Shown: positions 53,600 through 64,000, counted from the stretch's first letter. The stretch is DNA of 64,000 bases from an uncultured Actinomycetota bacterium (GCA_963748245.1 CAVVIA010000006.1:474050-538049), one strand, 5' to 3'. Made by a program: numbers and translations. The notes: generated by a model not told the origin, from the sequence alone.

Positions 53600-53951
53600 C
53601 TGCCCGGATCGTTCGTCCTTTGGTCGCTACGGTCGTCGCGACGCGTGGACCGATGTTCGGACTCGCTTTGGCAGTTGGGTATGACGGTTGCTCGACTGGG
53701 ACCTCGGTGGTCAGCGCTTTCCAAACTGACAGCTCGATCGCGATCTTGGCGCGGCGTCATCATTCGTTTGATTTCGGCCGCGGAGGTTCATCCGAATCAA
53801 CGGCACCGTATTCGGCGCCCTGGTCGGCCTGGTCATCCACACCATCAGCCAGTTGCTGTGACCCACCCGGCTCCTCCGTCGCCGCTCCTGCCGTTTCTGT
53901 CGGTTGGGCTGCTTCAGGTGCTGTCTGGCTTTCGTAGCAGGGGAGATTCCT

Positions 53952-54292
53952 GTGTTCAGTGGGGCGATCATCGTCGAAAGTGTTCGGGTCGGTAGCTCGT
54001 TGGAGGACGTGCCGCTGCTCGTCCGGAAGGTGACCAGGTTCGAGGTCGCCGGAGCGACCGTGGATCAACCGGCGGTCTGGACGATTCTGGAGTTCAAGGT
54101 GGAGGACAGGTACGCCGAGCCGCTGGCTGAGAACCTGCAGGCGGTGCTGGAGCGGCCTGGTTGGTACGCCGATTCCATGACGAGCGGGAGGTCTTCGTCG
54201 TGTTTCCGGGAAGGGCCTTCCGCTATCCCCGCGGCGATGAGCACGGCCGCGAGCTGGGCATTCCCGAACCGCAACTGGACCGGACGGACTGA
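53952..54292 (+). pseudogene. Conserved hypothetical protein, frameshifted near 54172
   Basis: IIVESVR...WTILEF...PGWYAD / HDEREVFVVFPGRAFRYPRGD...GIPEPQLD. Confidence 0.6.
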
Positions 54293-54420
54293 GAAGGCCG
54301 CGCCGGGTGGAGCAGCCGGCCAAGCAAAACGCTCACCGGGCAGTCCATTCGCAACATTTGGGGTTGAGCGCGCATCATCTCAGTAGGTGCCTCTCCGGCG
54401 ATGTGTGGTGGGGAACGGTT

Positions 54421-57204
54421 ATGAAGCTTGAGTTGCGGTGTTTTGGCGCGCCCATGGTCAGCGGGGGGCGGAAGGTGGTGACGGCTCTTCTGGTTGTGCC
54501 CCTGCTGATCGCCGGTGTTGTAGTCAGCCTCCCCCCGGCGGACGCTGCCGAGACCGCGGTGGTGATTCCGGCGGGTTTCACGCCGGTGCCGATCGCGACC
54601 GGGCAGCCGGCCGCGAACCTGACGAACTTCGAGTTCCTGCCGGGTGAGCGGGTGCTGACGCTCGGGCGGGACGGCCGCCTGACCGTGGTGTCGGATGATG
54701 CGCCGCCGCGGACGCTCCTGACGATTCCGGCCGTCGCGCACACAGGTGATCTCGGTGCGCTCGGTCTCACGTTGGCTCCGAATTACGCCACGACGGGGCG
54801 GCTCTACCTGCAGTACGCCCGGACCACCGCGACCGGGAGCCGCGTGATGCGCGTCTCGCGCTGGACGGCTGCGCCGGTCGACAACCCGACCACACTCGGC
54901 GGCGAACAGGTCCTCCTGGAGGCGCCGCTCTCCGGCGTCTACCACGGCGGTGGGACGGTTCTGGTCGCGCCGGACGGCAAACTGCTGATCAGCATCGGCG
55001 ACAACGCCGCACCACTCGCCTCCCCGAATCCCGAGGCCTTGCGGGCGCAGAACTTGGACGGCCCCTACGGCAAGATCCTCAGGATCGATCCGGTCACCGG
55101 CGCCGGAGTACCTGGCAACCCCTACTACAACGCGGCATCTGCGTCGTCGTGGCGAAGCAAGGTCTATGCGTACGGCCTGCGCAACCCGTTCCGGATGTCG
55201 GTGGACCCGCGGAACGGGCGGGTACTCGTTGGTGACGTCGGCTGGACGCAGTACGAGGAGATCAATCTGTTGGCCGCCGGCAAGAACTACGGCTGGCCCT
55301 GCTACGAGGGACCGGGCCGGCACTCGGGGTACGCGAACACCGCGGTCTGCCAGCAGGTCTACACGCAGTCGGTGCAGGGACCGCTGTGGAACTACGCATC
55401 GCCCACCAGCCAGTCGTCGATCACCGGCGGCACGTGGTACACGGGAACGTCCTACCCGGCTGCGTACCGGGACGCGTACTTCTTCGCGGACTACTCGCAG
55501 CAGAAGATCTGGACCATGATGATCGACGCGCAGGGCAAGATCACCAGGCCCCCCGAGGCCGCGGCCTTCGCCACCGGTATCGGCGGGCCGGTCGCGCTGA
55601 AGACCGGTCCGAACGGCGACGTGTACTACGCGGACATCCTCTCGTCCGACCTGGTCCGGCTGCGCTACGCGGCCGGGAACCGGGCGCCCGTACCGCGCGC
55701 CGGCACCACCGTGAACCCGGACACCTTGACGGTCACCTTCGACGGCTCGGCGTCGTACGACCTGGACGGCGACGATCTCACGTACACCTGGGACTTCGGC
55801 GACGGCAGCCAGGGAATCGGTGCGGTCGCCACTCACACCTACGCGGCCCCGGGGAAGGTCAGCGCGACGCTCACCGTCAAGGATCCTCTCGGTGCGGCGG
55901 CTACCACCACCGTCACCGTGGTGCCGGACAACCACTCGCCGGTGCTCACGCTGTCTGCTCCCGACAAGAAGTACGCCGTCGGGGACACCGTCTCCTTGAG
56001 CGCCTCCGCCGATGACATCGAGGATGGCGCACTCCCGGTGTCCTGGCGGACCGACCTGATCCATTGCGACACCGGCGGCGGGTGCCATCTGCATCCCGGC
56101 CAGACCAGCACCGGGCCGACCTTCTCGGATCTGTTCGACGACCACGGCGACGAGACACGCATGCAGATCACCGCTTCGGTGGTGGACCAGGCCGGCGTGC
56201 GGACCGAGAAGGTGTATTCCGCCGAGCCGGATCTGCGCACGCTGACCGTGCTGGCCCCGGCACCGGTGCTCATCAACGGCGCCCAGCGGGTGAGCGTCAA
56301 GGTGGCGGTGAACTCGAGCAACGAGGTGTCCGCTCCCGGTGTGGCCGGCAGCACTGTGTTCACGGGCTGGTCCGACAGCGGGCTGCAGACGCACACGCTG
56401 AAGATGCCCGCGGCAGACCGGACCCTGACGGCGCACTACGCCAAGTTCGTACCCGGTCGGTACGGCGACTACAACGGTGACGGGCGCACCGATCGGACGG
56501 TCTTCCGGCCGTCCACGGCGACCTGGTTCAACCTTGGGTTGTTCAGCACCCAGTACGGCGGTGCCACCGACCTGCCGGTCCCCGCGGACGTCAACTCCGA
56601 CGGGCGGACCGACGTGGTGAGCTGGCGTCCGTCAGACGGGATGTGGCAGGCGCGCGGACTCTTCGAAATTCGTTGGGGCGGGAACGGGGACGTGCCCGTC
56701 CCGGGCGACTACAGCGTCAACGGCCGTACCGACCTCGCGATCTGGCGACCCAGTACAGGTATCTGGTACGTGCGTAACGTCTTGCAGATTGAATGGGGTG
56801 GGCCAAGCGACGTGCCGGTACCGGGCGACTACAACGGTGACGGCAAGATGGAAACCGCGGTCTGGCGCCCATCGACCGGCATGTGGTGGATTCGTGGCCG
56901 AGCAGCCATCCATTGGGGTCAGGCCGGCGACATCCCGGTCCAGGCCGACTACAACGGTGACGGCCGAACCGACCTGGCCGTCTGGCGTCCCTCGACCGGC
57001 GTCTGGTGGACCAACGGCACCCCCGCAGTCCGCTGGGGCGAACCCGGCGACATCCCCCTCACCGGCGACTTCAACGGCGACGCCCGAACCGACCTGGCCG
57101 TCTGGCGCCCCTCGACCGGCGTCTGGTGGATCAACGGCACCCCCGCAGTCCGCTGGGGCGAACCCGGCGACCGCCCGCTACCCCGCCCTCTTGGCGCCAG
57201 GTAG
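54421..57204 (+). CDS. Secreted PQQ-dependent (GSDH-type) dehydrogenase with PKD domain and FG-GAP-like repeats
   Basis: Signal peptide; HGGG, GKILRI, AYGLRNPFR, GDVG...EEIN, NYGWP; YTWDFGDG PKD; six GDYNGDGRTDLAVWRP-type repeats. Start uncertain. Confidence 0.9.
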   Translation: MKLELRCFGAPMVSGGRKVVTALLVVPLLIAGVVVSLPPADAAETAVVIPAGFTPVPIATGQPAANLTNFEFLPGERVLTLGRDGRLTVVSDDAPPRTLLTIPAVAHTGDLGALGLTLAPNYATTGRLYLQYARTTATGSRVMRVSRWTAAPVDNPTTLGGEQVLLEAPLSGVYHGGGTVLVAPDGKLLISIGDNAAPLASPNPEALRAQNLDGPYGKILRIDPVTGAGVPGNPYYNAASASSWRSKVYAYGLRNPFRMSVDPRNGRVLVGDVGWTQYEEINLLAAGKNYGWPCYEGPGRHSGYANTAVCQQVYTQSVQGPLWNYASPTSQSSITGGTWYTGTSYPAAYRDAYFFADYSQQKIWTMMIDAQGKITRPPEAAAFATGIGGPVALKTGPNGDVYYADILSSDLVRLRYAAGNRAPVPRAGTTVNPDTLTVTFDGSASYDLDGDDLTYTWDFGDGSQGIGAVATHTYAAPGKVSATLTVKDPLGAAATTTVTVVPDNHSPVLTLSAPDKKYAVGDTVSLSASADDIEDGALPVSWRTDLIHCDTGGGCHLHPGQTSTGPTFSDLFDDHGDETRMQITASVVDQAGVRTEKVYSAEPDLRTLTVLAPAPVLINGAQRVSVKVAVNSSNEVSAPGVAGSTVFTGWSDSGLQTHTLKMPAADRTLTAHYAKFVPGRYGDYNGDGRTDRTVFRPSTATWFNLGLFSTQYGGATDLPVPADVNSDGRTDVVSWRPSDGMWQARGLFEIRWGGNGDVPVPGDYSVNGRTDLAIWRPSTGIWYVRNVLQIEWGGPSDVPVPGDYNGDGKMETAVWRPSTGMWWIRGRAAIHWGQAGDIPVQADYNGDGRTDLAVWRPSTGVWWTNGTPAVRWGEPGDIPLTGDFNGDARTDLAVWRPSTGVWWINGTPAVRWGEPGDRPLPRPLGAR

Positions 57205-57382
57205 CCCTCGCCGCCCTGCCTGAACTGCTTCCGGCGGGGCGGCGGCGGAGCCGTGTGTGGGCAGACGGAGTTGTCAGGTGCTCGGGCTCTCTAGACTGAA
57301 TCACGACGAGGTGAATTGATTCAGTTGATCCAAGCGGACACGTATTTCGGCCGGATCATCGAGGCGCGCGAGGCTGCCAAGC

Positions 57383-57715
57383 TCACGCAGCGCCGTCGTC
57401 GCCGGCATGTTCGGAGATGGTCCAGCAGTTCTTGCCGGACAGGCCAGACAACAACCCCACCACGAATCCACGAGCCTGGCGCCGCGGTTCGACCCGCGCG
57501 AACCGCGGCGCGATCCTGTCTATCAACGCGTCGAACATCGACTGCCACCGCCCACCACCTAGACTGTCGCCCGCGGCCACCGCCGCATCAGCTGTGTTCC
57601 ACACAAACCCGGCATGATGACGCGGTGGCCGCGCCTCGTCACGCCGCCACGCCGCACATCACGAACTCCGGCTGTAGTACTAGCCGCACATCACGAACTC
57701 CGGCTGTAGTACTAG
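57383..57715 (-). mobile_element. Truncated second IS701-family element (left end plus transposase N-terminus)
   Basis: RIAPRFARVEPRR...KNCWTISEHAG; end CTAGTACTACAGCCGGAGTTCGTGAT resembles the IR at 52150. Confidence 0.85.
57652..57715. repeat. Exact 32-bp tandem duplication of the IS end
   Basis: CCGCACATCACGAACTCCGGCTGTAGTACTAG twice. Confidence 0.95.
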
Positions 57716-57929
57716 CAGTCACCCGCAACACGCCGGGTTCAGCGACGTGACGGATGACGGCCTGCTCGACATGCTTTTCGTACACCCTGATGCCGGCGGC
57801 CGCGGCGTCGCGCGAGCCAACGGCGAGAACTGGATCCGGGGCGAGAACCTGCCCAACTACGACATGCGCCTGAGACTCGGCTAGGCGGCCCTCAAACCGG
57901 ACAAGCCGCCTGCGCACGCAACCCGGGAC

Positions 57930-58565
57930 TCAGGCCCGCCAGCGGTTGGTCAGTTCGTCATTGCTAGGCGGCGGTCCCGGGAGTTCCGAGTCGCCGCTCG
58001 GTCGTTCCCCGGGTCGATGCATCGCCTCCAGCATGAGGGCGAGGTACCGATGCCGGAGCTGGTTCGTCCGCGCCTCGTCGCCGAACTTGATCGACGTGAT
58101 CTGCTCCAGGATCACGCCGAAGTCCTCGACCACGATCCCCGGCCGGAGGTACTTCTCGGTCCGCGCGTGGATGGCCTTGTTCAGCTCGGCCGCCCGGGCG
58201 GCGTCCTGCCAGAGGTCGGGCGTCGGGGTGAACGTTCCCGCCAGCCGCTGGGTCAGTGAGTTGGTGTCAGCGTCGACCAGCGCGTGCAGGAACGCTCCGA
58301 ACGCAACCCATGGCTCACGGTCGTCGGCGAGAGCCTTCTCCGACTCCTCGATGTACCGGGCCAGCCCGTCGCTGCACAGCTTGCGAAGCAACTCCTCCTT
58401 GCTCGCGTACCGCCGGTAGAGCGCGCTGATACCGACGCCGGCGCGCTCCGCCACCGCGGCGATCGGGGCGCCGGGATCGGCGATGAACACCGCCCGGGCC
58501 GCGGCCAGGATCACTTCGTCGTTACGGGCCGCCTGCGCCTGCCGGCCGCTGAGAGATTTCGTCAT
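57930..58565 (-). CDS. TetR-family regulator
   Basis: IAAVAERAGVGISALYRRYASKEEL. Confidence 0.95.
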   Translation of the reverse strand: MTKSLSGRQAQAARNDEVILAAARAVFIADPGAPIAAVAERAGVGISALYRRYASKEELLRKLCSDGLARYIEESEKALADDREPWVAFGAFLHALVDADTNSLTQRLAGTFTPTPDLWQDAARAAELNKAIHARTEKYLRPGIVVEDFGVILEQITSIKFGDEARTNQLRHRYLALMLEAMHRPGERPSGDSELPGPPPSNDELTNRWRA

Positions 58566-58584
58566 GTCACCCAGATTACCACTT

Positions 58585-58632
58585 GAACGGAATGCTCCGT
58601 TCCGCTAGAGTTGGAACAGAACAGTTCGTTCC
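58585..58632. promoter_or_regulatory. Two TetR operator-like palindromes
   Basis: GAACGGA-ATGC-TCCGTTC (58585-58602) and imperfect GGAACAGAACAGTTCGTTCC (58613-58632). Confidence 0.7.
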
Positions 58633-58649
58633 GTTTGAACCTGGAGTCG

Positions 58650-60131
58650 ATGATGACCGCAGTCGTAGAACTCCCCCGCAGCGCAGCAGCCACCGCCGTC
58701 ATCGAGGCCGCCCCGCGGCCCCGGCGTTGGCTCGCCTTCTCCGCGGTCATCACCGCCTCGGTGATGGACCTGCTCGACTCGACGGTGATGAACGTCGCCG
58801 CCCCCGCCATCCGCGCCGACCTCGGCGGCTCCTACGCGAGCCTGCAGTGGATGGCCGCCGGGTACACGATGGCCCTGGCCGTCATGCTCCTCGGCGGCGG
58901 CCGCCTCGGTGACCTGGTCGGCCGGAAGCGGGCGCTGCTGATCGGCGTCGGCGGGTTCACCGTGACCTCGTTCCTCTGCGGCCTCGCGGTGTCGTCGGAG
59001 ATGCTGATCGCCGCGCGCGTCGCCCAGGGCGTGTTCGCGGCGATCATGCTGCCGCAGGGCTTCGGACTGGCCCGAGACCTGTTCGAACCGGGCGAGCGAG
59101 CCAAGGCATTCGGGTTCTTCGGCCCGGTGATGGGTCTGTCGGCGGTGATCGGCCCGATCGTCGGCGGCACGCTGCTCGACGCGGACCTGCTGGGTACCGG
59201 CTGGCGAGCGATCTTCCTGGTGAACATCCCGGTCGGCATCTTCACCTTCGTCGTCGCGGCCAAGTACCTGCCGAACAACCAGCCCACCGGCCGCCGGATC
59301 TCGCTGGACGTTCCCGGGCTGCTGATCGCCGGCGCCGGCCTGTTCGCCCTGGTATACCCGCTGGTGCAGGGTCACGAGATCGGCTGGCCGCTGTGGTCGA
59401 AGGCGCTGCTCATCGCTTCGGTGCCGGTGCTGGCCGGATTCGGTGTCTACCAGTCCCGCCGGCAGCGCAGCGGCGCGACCCCGCTGATCGAGCCCCGGCT
59501 GCTGCGGAGCCGCTCGTACCTGTCCGGCGTGTTCTTCGCGGTGGTCTTCTTCGGTGCGATGGCCGGCACGTTCGTGCTGGGCATGTTCCTCCAGGTCGGC
59601 CTCGGCTACACCCCGATCCACGCGAGCCTGGCGATGGCGCCCTGGGCGTTCGGGGCGCTGGTCGGCTCCGCGGTCTCCGGGATCACGATGCAGAAGTACG
59701 GTCGCAAGCTGCTGCACATCGGCCTCGCGCTGATGGCGACCGGACTGGTCGGACTGTACGGCGTACTGGCGCTGACCGGACTGGACGTCGGGCACTGGGA
59801 TCTCGTGGCCCCCACCCTGATCGGCGGGGCCGGCATGGGCATGGTCTTCGTCCCGCTGTTCGACATCATCCTGAGCGGCGTCCGGGACGAGGAGGTCGGC
59901 TCGGCCACGGGCCTGCTGGGCTCGCTCGAGCAGGTGGGTATCGCGCTCGGTATCGCGGTGATCGGGAGCATCTTCATGGGCAAGGTCGCCCACGCCGCGC
60001 CCGGGACCAGCGCCGTGGCCGCACTCGACGGCACCCAGACGGCGCTGCTCGCCACCATCGGCGGGATCCTGCTCGCGTTCGCGGCCGGCTTCCTGCTCCC
60101 CAAGAGCGCGCGAGCCGGCGCCGAGCACTGA
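58650..60131 (+). CDS. MFS drug efflux transporter (DHA2)
   Basis: LDSTVMNVA, GRLGDLVGRKR, GPIVGG, WRAIFLVNIP. Confidence 0.93.
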   Translation: MMTAVVELPRSAAATAVIEAAPRPRRWLAFSAVITASVMDLLDSTVMNVAAPAIRADLGGSYASLQWMAAGYTMALAVMLLGGGRLGDLVGRKRALLIGVGGFTVTSFLCGLAVSSEMLIAARVAQGVFAAIMLPQGFGLARDLFEPGERAKAFGFFGPVMGLSAVIGPIVGGTLLDADLLGTGWRAIFLVNIPVGIFTFVVAAKYLPNNQPTGRRISLDVPGLLIAGAGLFALVYPLVQGHEIGWPLWSKALLIASVPVLAGFGVYQSRRQRSGATPLIEPRLLRSRSYLSGVFFAVVFFGAMAGTFVLGMFLQVGLGYTPIHASLAMAPWAFGALVGSAVSGITMQKYGRKLLHIGLALMATGLVGLYGVLALTGLDVGHWDLVAPTLIGGAGMGMVFVPLFDIILSGVRDEEVGSATGLLGSLEQVGIALGIAVIGSIFMGKVAHAAPGTSAVAALDGTQTALLATIGGILLAFAAGFLLPKSARAGAEH

Positions 60132-60410
60132 TCCAGCCGGGACCCGCGTGACGGGTCTTGCCTGCGCTTGTGGCAGCTCCCGGTGACCAGTTCGTGGGAC
60201 CGTGGACACGCTGTGGGGCCTGGAGACAGGAAATACCCTGTCCCCAGGCCCCACTTCCTGTGCCCAGCCCCGGTTCGGGTGCCCAGCCCCGGTTCGTGTC
60301 CCTCACCCAGGCAACCGTGACAACCCGAACGTTTCCTGACGCGGCACTAGCTCACCTGTCAAGCAGTCGACTTTGAGGCCGCGCTGTGGAAGCCGGCCGA
60401 TGGTCCGGGC

Positions 60411-61193
60411 TCAGTAGTCGCCGTAGACCTGGACCTTGGTGCCGATGGGGGTTTCTTTGAAGATCTGGGTGATTTCGGGGCGGGTTACGCGGACGCAGCG
60501 GTGGCTGGCGGGGTAGGGCTTGACCAGGGAGTTGACGCGGGATCCGTGCAGGGCGATGCCGGGGCGGTCGCGCAGGAAGTAGAGCGAGTCATACATGTAC
60601 GCCTCCGGGTAGAGGCTGCTCTCGTGTGCGCCGGCCCACTTGCGCCAGACCTTGCCGGTGCGGTTCGGGGTTTCGTAGCCGGGGGCACCGGTCGAGACCC
60701 AGACGATCCGCTTGTAGGTCTTGCCGACGATCTGGTACGCGACCTGGCAGGTCTTGTTCACGTAGATCCCGGGCGCGCGCGTCGGCGTCGGCCGCCTCGT
60801 TGCGTTGAGCACCGAATACGCGTCGGTGAGGCTGAGGCCCTTGCGGCTGACCGGCATGCCGTGGGTCTCGCGCCAGGCGCACAGCGCCTGCTTGGCGCGC
60901 ACGGTGATGTCTCCGTCGACATCGCCGACCGGGTACCCGAGCTTGTCGAGTTGCCGCTCGACCCGGAGCGCGTAGTACTCCGGCTTCTGCTTCACCTTGG
61001 GCTTCGGCTTCGTTGTCGGCGTGGGGGTCGGCGTCGCGCTCGGCGTGCTCGAGGGCGTGCTGGAGGTCGGCGTACTGGCAGAGGAAGACGGCGTGTTCGA
61101 TGGACTCGTCTCGCTGGCGGCCACGTCGGCACAGCCGACGAGAACGAACGACAGTACGACCGAGCCGGCTACGAGACCACGTCGACGAGACAC
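60411..61193 (-). CDS. L,D-transpeptidase-family lipoprotein with peptidoglycan-binding domain
   Basis: LVGC lipobox, LGYPVGDVDG, VSTG, ALHG...ASHRCVR. Confidence 0.88.
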   Translation of the reverse strand: MSRRRGLVAGSVVLSFVLVGCADVAASETSPSNTPSSSASTPTSSTPSSTPSATPTPTPTTKPKPKVKQKPEYYALRVERQLDKLGYPVGDVDGDITVRAKQALCAWRETHGMPVSRKGLSLTDAYSVLNATRRPTPTRAPGIYVNKTCQVAYQIVGKTYKRIVWVSTGAPGYETPNRTGKVWRKWAGAHESSLYPEAYMYDSLYFLRDRPGIALHGSRVNSLVKPYPASHRCVRVTRPEITQIFKETPIGTKVQVYGDY

Positions 61194-61505
61194 GATTTCC
61201 CCTCTCCCTCAGCATTGTCAGAGTCGCAGAACCGCGCTGCTCGAGCCTGCAACGAAACGCCGAGACTAGTGCTCCGAGGGTTCCCCAGACGTGCCGTTGC
61301 CCGCGCCCGTCACCGAACCGTTGTCGATCACGTGTCCCGGGTCGTCCCGCAACCTTGCTAGACAAGTACCCATTCCGGCACTTTCCAGCTCGTGACTCCG
61401 CGACTGAGAGCCCTTCAACAACGGGCCGCAGTTCGATGCGCAGGGCATCGAATTTCAGTCAGCCGCAGGAGTCGCGTCGTACCAGCTCGTGCGGGAGGGG
61501 GACCA

Positions 61506-62418
61506 TCATGGGGTACGCGCAACTACCGGAGGCTCTGTTCCGGCTCGTTGGATCGCCTCGATGATGGCCGCCGCGGCGCGCGATCCGTCCACGGTGACTG
61601 CGAGGCGGATCGTGCCCGCGGCATCGGGAGTGAAGGTGCTCGTGCCGTCGTCGGCGATCTCGACCACACCGGGTTCGGAGAACGTGAACAGGTCGGGCCG
61701 GGAGAGCGTCAGCACGGCGACGGGATCGTGCGGCACGTTCCATTCCTGCTGCCAGACGTCCCACCACTGCTGGATGTCTGCCCGCAGTGCCGCGCCGAGT
61801 GCTCCCGCGGCTCCGATCAGCTCGAGCCCGGCCTGGTCGATGCCGAGCTGCCGCGTCACGTCGAGTCCGGTCACGGTGGTCGGAATGCCTGCCGACAGTA
61901 CGGTGCGGGCGGCGACAGAGTCGCTCTTGAAGTTGTGCTCGGCCTTCTCGCCGGGCGGGAACAACCCGCCCATGATCCACAGGCGGCGGATCCAGTTCGC
62001 CACCTGTGGTTCCCGTCGGAGTGCCTCGGCGATGTTGATCAGCGGGCCGACGGCAATGACGTCGATCTCGGCCCGGGCGCGCCCGCAGGGTGGCGATCAG
62101 GTGGTCGACCGCAGGCAGCTCTGCGACGGTTTCGCGATCCAGTTCCTCGTGCAGGCTGCCCTCATGACCCGGCCACCACACGTCCCGTCCGGACAGCGTG
62201 TTGCTTTGTCCAGCATGTACGGCGAGGTCGCGGCCCGCGAGTACGCCGTACCGGTGCGCGATCCGGGCTCGCAAGAGCGTGTCGCCGTACACGGTGGTCA
62301 CCGAGTGCAGGCTCAGCTCCGGCGTCCCCATGATCTGGGCGAGCGCCATCGCATCGTCGACGTCCGAGCCGATGTCGGTGTCGAGAATGAGCGTGCGGGA
62401 CGGCTGCAGCTGGTCCAT
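61506..62418 (-). CDS. Nucleoside hydrolase (frameshift near 62075)
   Basis: ILDTDIGSDVDDAMA; after the shift GPLINIA, IMGG, EHNF, GLDVT, HDP. Confidence 0.9.
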
Positions 62419-62442
62419 GGACCTGGACAGCGTCGACGCGAC

Positions 62443-62859
62443 CTACAGGCCGAGGTCGCGCAGGAACTCCGGCTTGTACGCCTGCATCACGACGTACCGC
62501 TGATCCGGCACCTCCATGCCGGCGTTCTTCGCGGCGTCGCTGGCCGCGTCGTGCTCACCGACCGGAACGTTCGGATCCGTCCAGTCCTGCTCGGCCGCAT
62601 TCCACCGCGTCACCGTGTACTCGGCGCTGAGGTTGTCGTCGGCAACGAGCTCCTTGACGGTCCGCTCCGCTTCCTGGGCGTCCTCGAGGGTGTGCGTGTA
62701 CAGCAACATCCGGTTCCCGTCCCGGGTCACCGTCACCTGGCTCCCGAGCCGCTTCTGCGCGTCGTCGTCCAGATCCAACGCCCGCAACCGCTCCCAGAAC
62801 GACATCCGGTGCTCGTCGTTCCCGAGCTCGACCTCAACCCGAAACTCCTCATCCGCCAT
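62443..62859 (-). CDS. Hypothetical acidic protein
   Basis: Typical high-GC codon usage; directly upstream of the nucleoside hydrolase. Confidence 0.7.
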   Translation of the reverse strand: MADEEFRVEVELGNDEHRMSFWERLRALDLDDDAQKRLGSQVTVTRDGNRMLLYTHTLEDAQEAERTVKELVADDNLSAEYTVTRWNAAEQDWTDPNVPVGEHDAASDAAKNAGMEVPDQRYVVMQAYKPEFLRDLGL

Positions 62860-62905
62860 GTCCGACACCTTACCGTCGCCCCCGCGCTGCCTATCGTGGC
62901 GAGGT

Positions 62906-63580
62906 ATGGATGAGTTGCTGGCGGAGCAGATCGCGTATTACCAGGCCAGGGCAGGCGAGTACGACGAGTGGTGGCTGCGCCGCGGTCGGTATGCGTTGCC
63001 GTCCGATCTCGAACGGCGCTGGTTCGAGGACGTGGCGGAGGCCGAGGCCGCACTGCGGTCGTTCGCTCCGACCGGTCGGGTGCTGGAGCTGGCGTGTGGC
63101 ACCGGGCTGTGGACTCAACAACTGGCCGGATACGCCGACCATGTGACCGCTGTGGACGCGTCACCTGAGGTGATCGAACTCAATCGGGAGCGTCTCGGCG
63201 GGGCGCCGGTCGACTACGTCGTGGCCGACGTATTCGAGTGGCAACCGCCTGCCGAGAGCTACGACGTGGCAGTGTTCACATACTGGCTGTCGCACGTGCC
63301 TGACAATCGGTTGGACGCGTTCTGGTCCACCGTGCGTACGGCGCTGCGCCCTGGTGGCCGTGTCTTCCTCGTCGACAGCAGCCCGTATCCACCCGAGTCA
63401 GCAGAACCGACCGGCGGCCGTCCGCAACGCCGTGAGCTCAATGACGGCCGGACCTTCACTATCTCCAAGCGCTACTGGACCGGTCCCGAGCTCGAGGCCG
63501 ACCTCCGGCGGCGGGGCTGGGATGCCGCCGCCCGCGTGACCACCAACGAGATGATCCTGGTCGCCACCGCGTCCGCATAG
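62906..63580 (+). CDS. Class I SAM-dependent methyltransferase
   Basis: VLELACGTG, VDAS, WLSHVP, LRPGG. Confidence 0.92.
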   Translation: MDELLAEQIAYYQARAGEYDEWWLRRGRYALPSDLERRWFEDVAEAEAALRSFAPTGRVLELACGTGLWTQQLAGYADHVTAVDASPEVIELNRERLGGAPVDYVVADVFEWQPPAESYDVAVFTYWLSHVPDNRLDAFWSTVRTALRPGGRVFLVDSSPYPPESAEPTGGRPQRRELNDGRTFTISKRYWTGPELEADLRRRGWDAAARVTTNEMILVATASA

Positions 63581-63648
63581 CGTGACCCGGCACTTCAACA
63601 TGCGGGACAGGAGAATCCTTTTGCTTCGATTGACTACAGTTCTTAGTC

Positions 63649-64000
63649 ATGGAGCTGAGGCACTTGGAACACTTCGTGGCGGTGGCCGAGCAGAAGCACT
63701 TCACCCGGGCCGCCGAGGCGATGTCGATCTCGCAGTCGGGCCTGTCCGCCTCGATCCGTGCCCTCGAACGTGAACTCCGCGCCTCCCTCTTCGTCCGCAA
63801 CACCCGCAGCGTCGAACTCACCGAGGCCGGACGCGCTCTCCTGTGCGAGGGACGCCGTACGCTCGCCGCCGCCGAGGCCGCCAAGGACGCGGTCGCCGCA
63901 GTACAGGGCCTGCTCCGCGGCCACCTGACCGTCGGACTCGAGCAGTGTCTCGGTGTGGTCGACGTACCGGCGCTGCTCGCCAAGTTCCGCTCCGCCTACC
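63649..64000 (+). CDS. LysR-family regulator, runs off window
   Basis: MELRHLEHFVAVAEQKHFTRAAEAMSISQSGLSASIRALE...LFVRNTRSVELTEAG. Confidence 0.95.
   Translation, partial: MELRHLEHFVAVAEQKHFTRAAEAMSISQSGLSASIRALERELRASLFVRNTRSVELTEAGRALLCEGRRTLAAAEAAKDAVAAVQGLLRGHLTVGLEQCLGVVDVPALLAKFRSAY

Noticed and set aside
53600..53950. Short ORFs right of the IS701
   Set aside because: No recognisable motif or clear start; possibly a gene fragment but not supportable.

Overview
High-GC actinobacterial chromosome segment; the 16S sequence resembles Kribbella/Propionibacteriales (inference, no search run). It holds one complete rRNA operon (16S-23S-5S, no spacer tRNAs) and about 45 CDS. These include oxidoreductases, a SNF2-SWIM pair, a receiver-TrxB/cNMP-histidine kinase pair, a FadR-regulated peptide-type ABC/amidase catabolic operon, TetR-MFS and an L,D-transpeptidase. 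Two IS701-family elements flank a secreted PQQ-type dehydrogenase. At least a dozen frameshifts in ordinary genes suggest assembly indels. Three loci stand out. (1) A 65-aa ORF made of eight GNEW(F) repeats lies between a membrane diguanylate cyclase and an MFS exporter, a candidate peptide-signal/c-di-GMP system. (2) An intact, translationally coupled four-gene SMC/MksBEF-Wadjet-like operon has two different KITE-like subunits, degenerate ATPase motifs and no adjacent JetD nuclease. (3) A RING-TerD protein is preceded by three long hairpins. Also notable are a stand-alone CHAT/caspase-like protein, an orphan Imm52-like immunity gene and a degenerate SigG-type sigma factor. All family calls come from motif recognition by eye.
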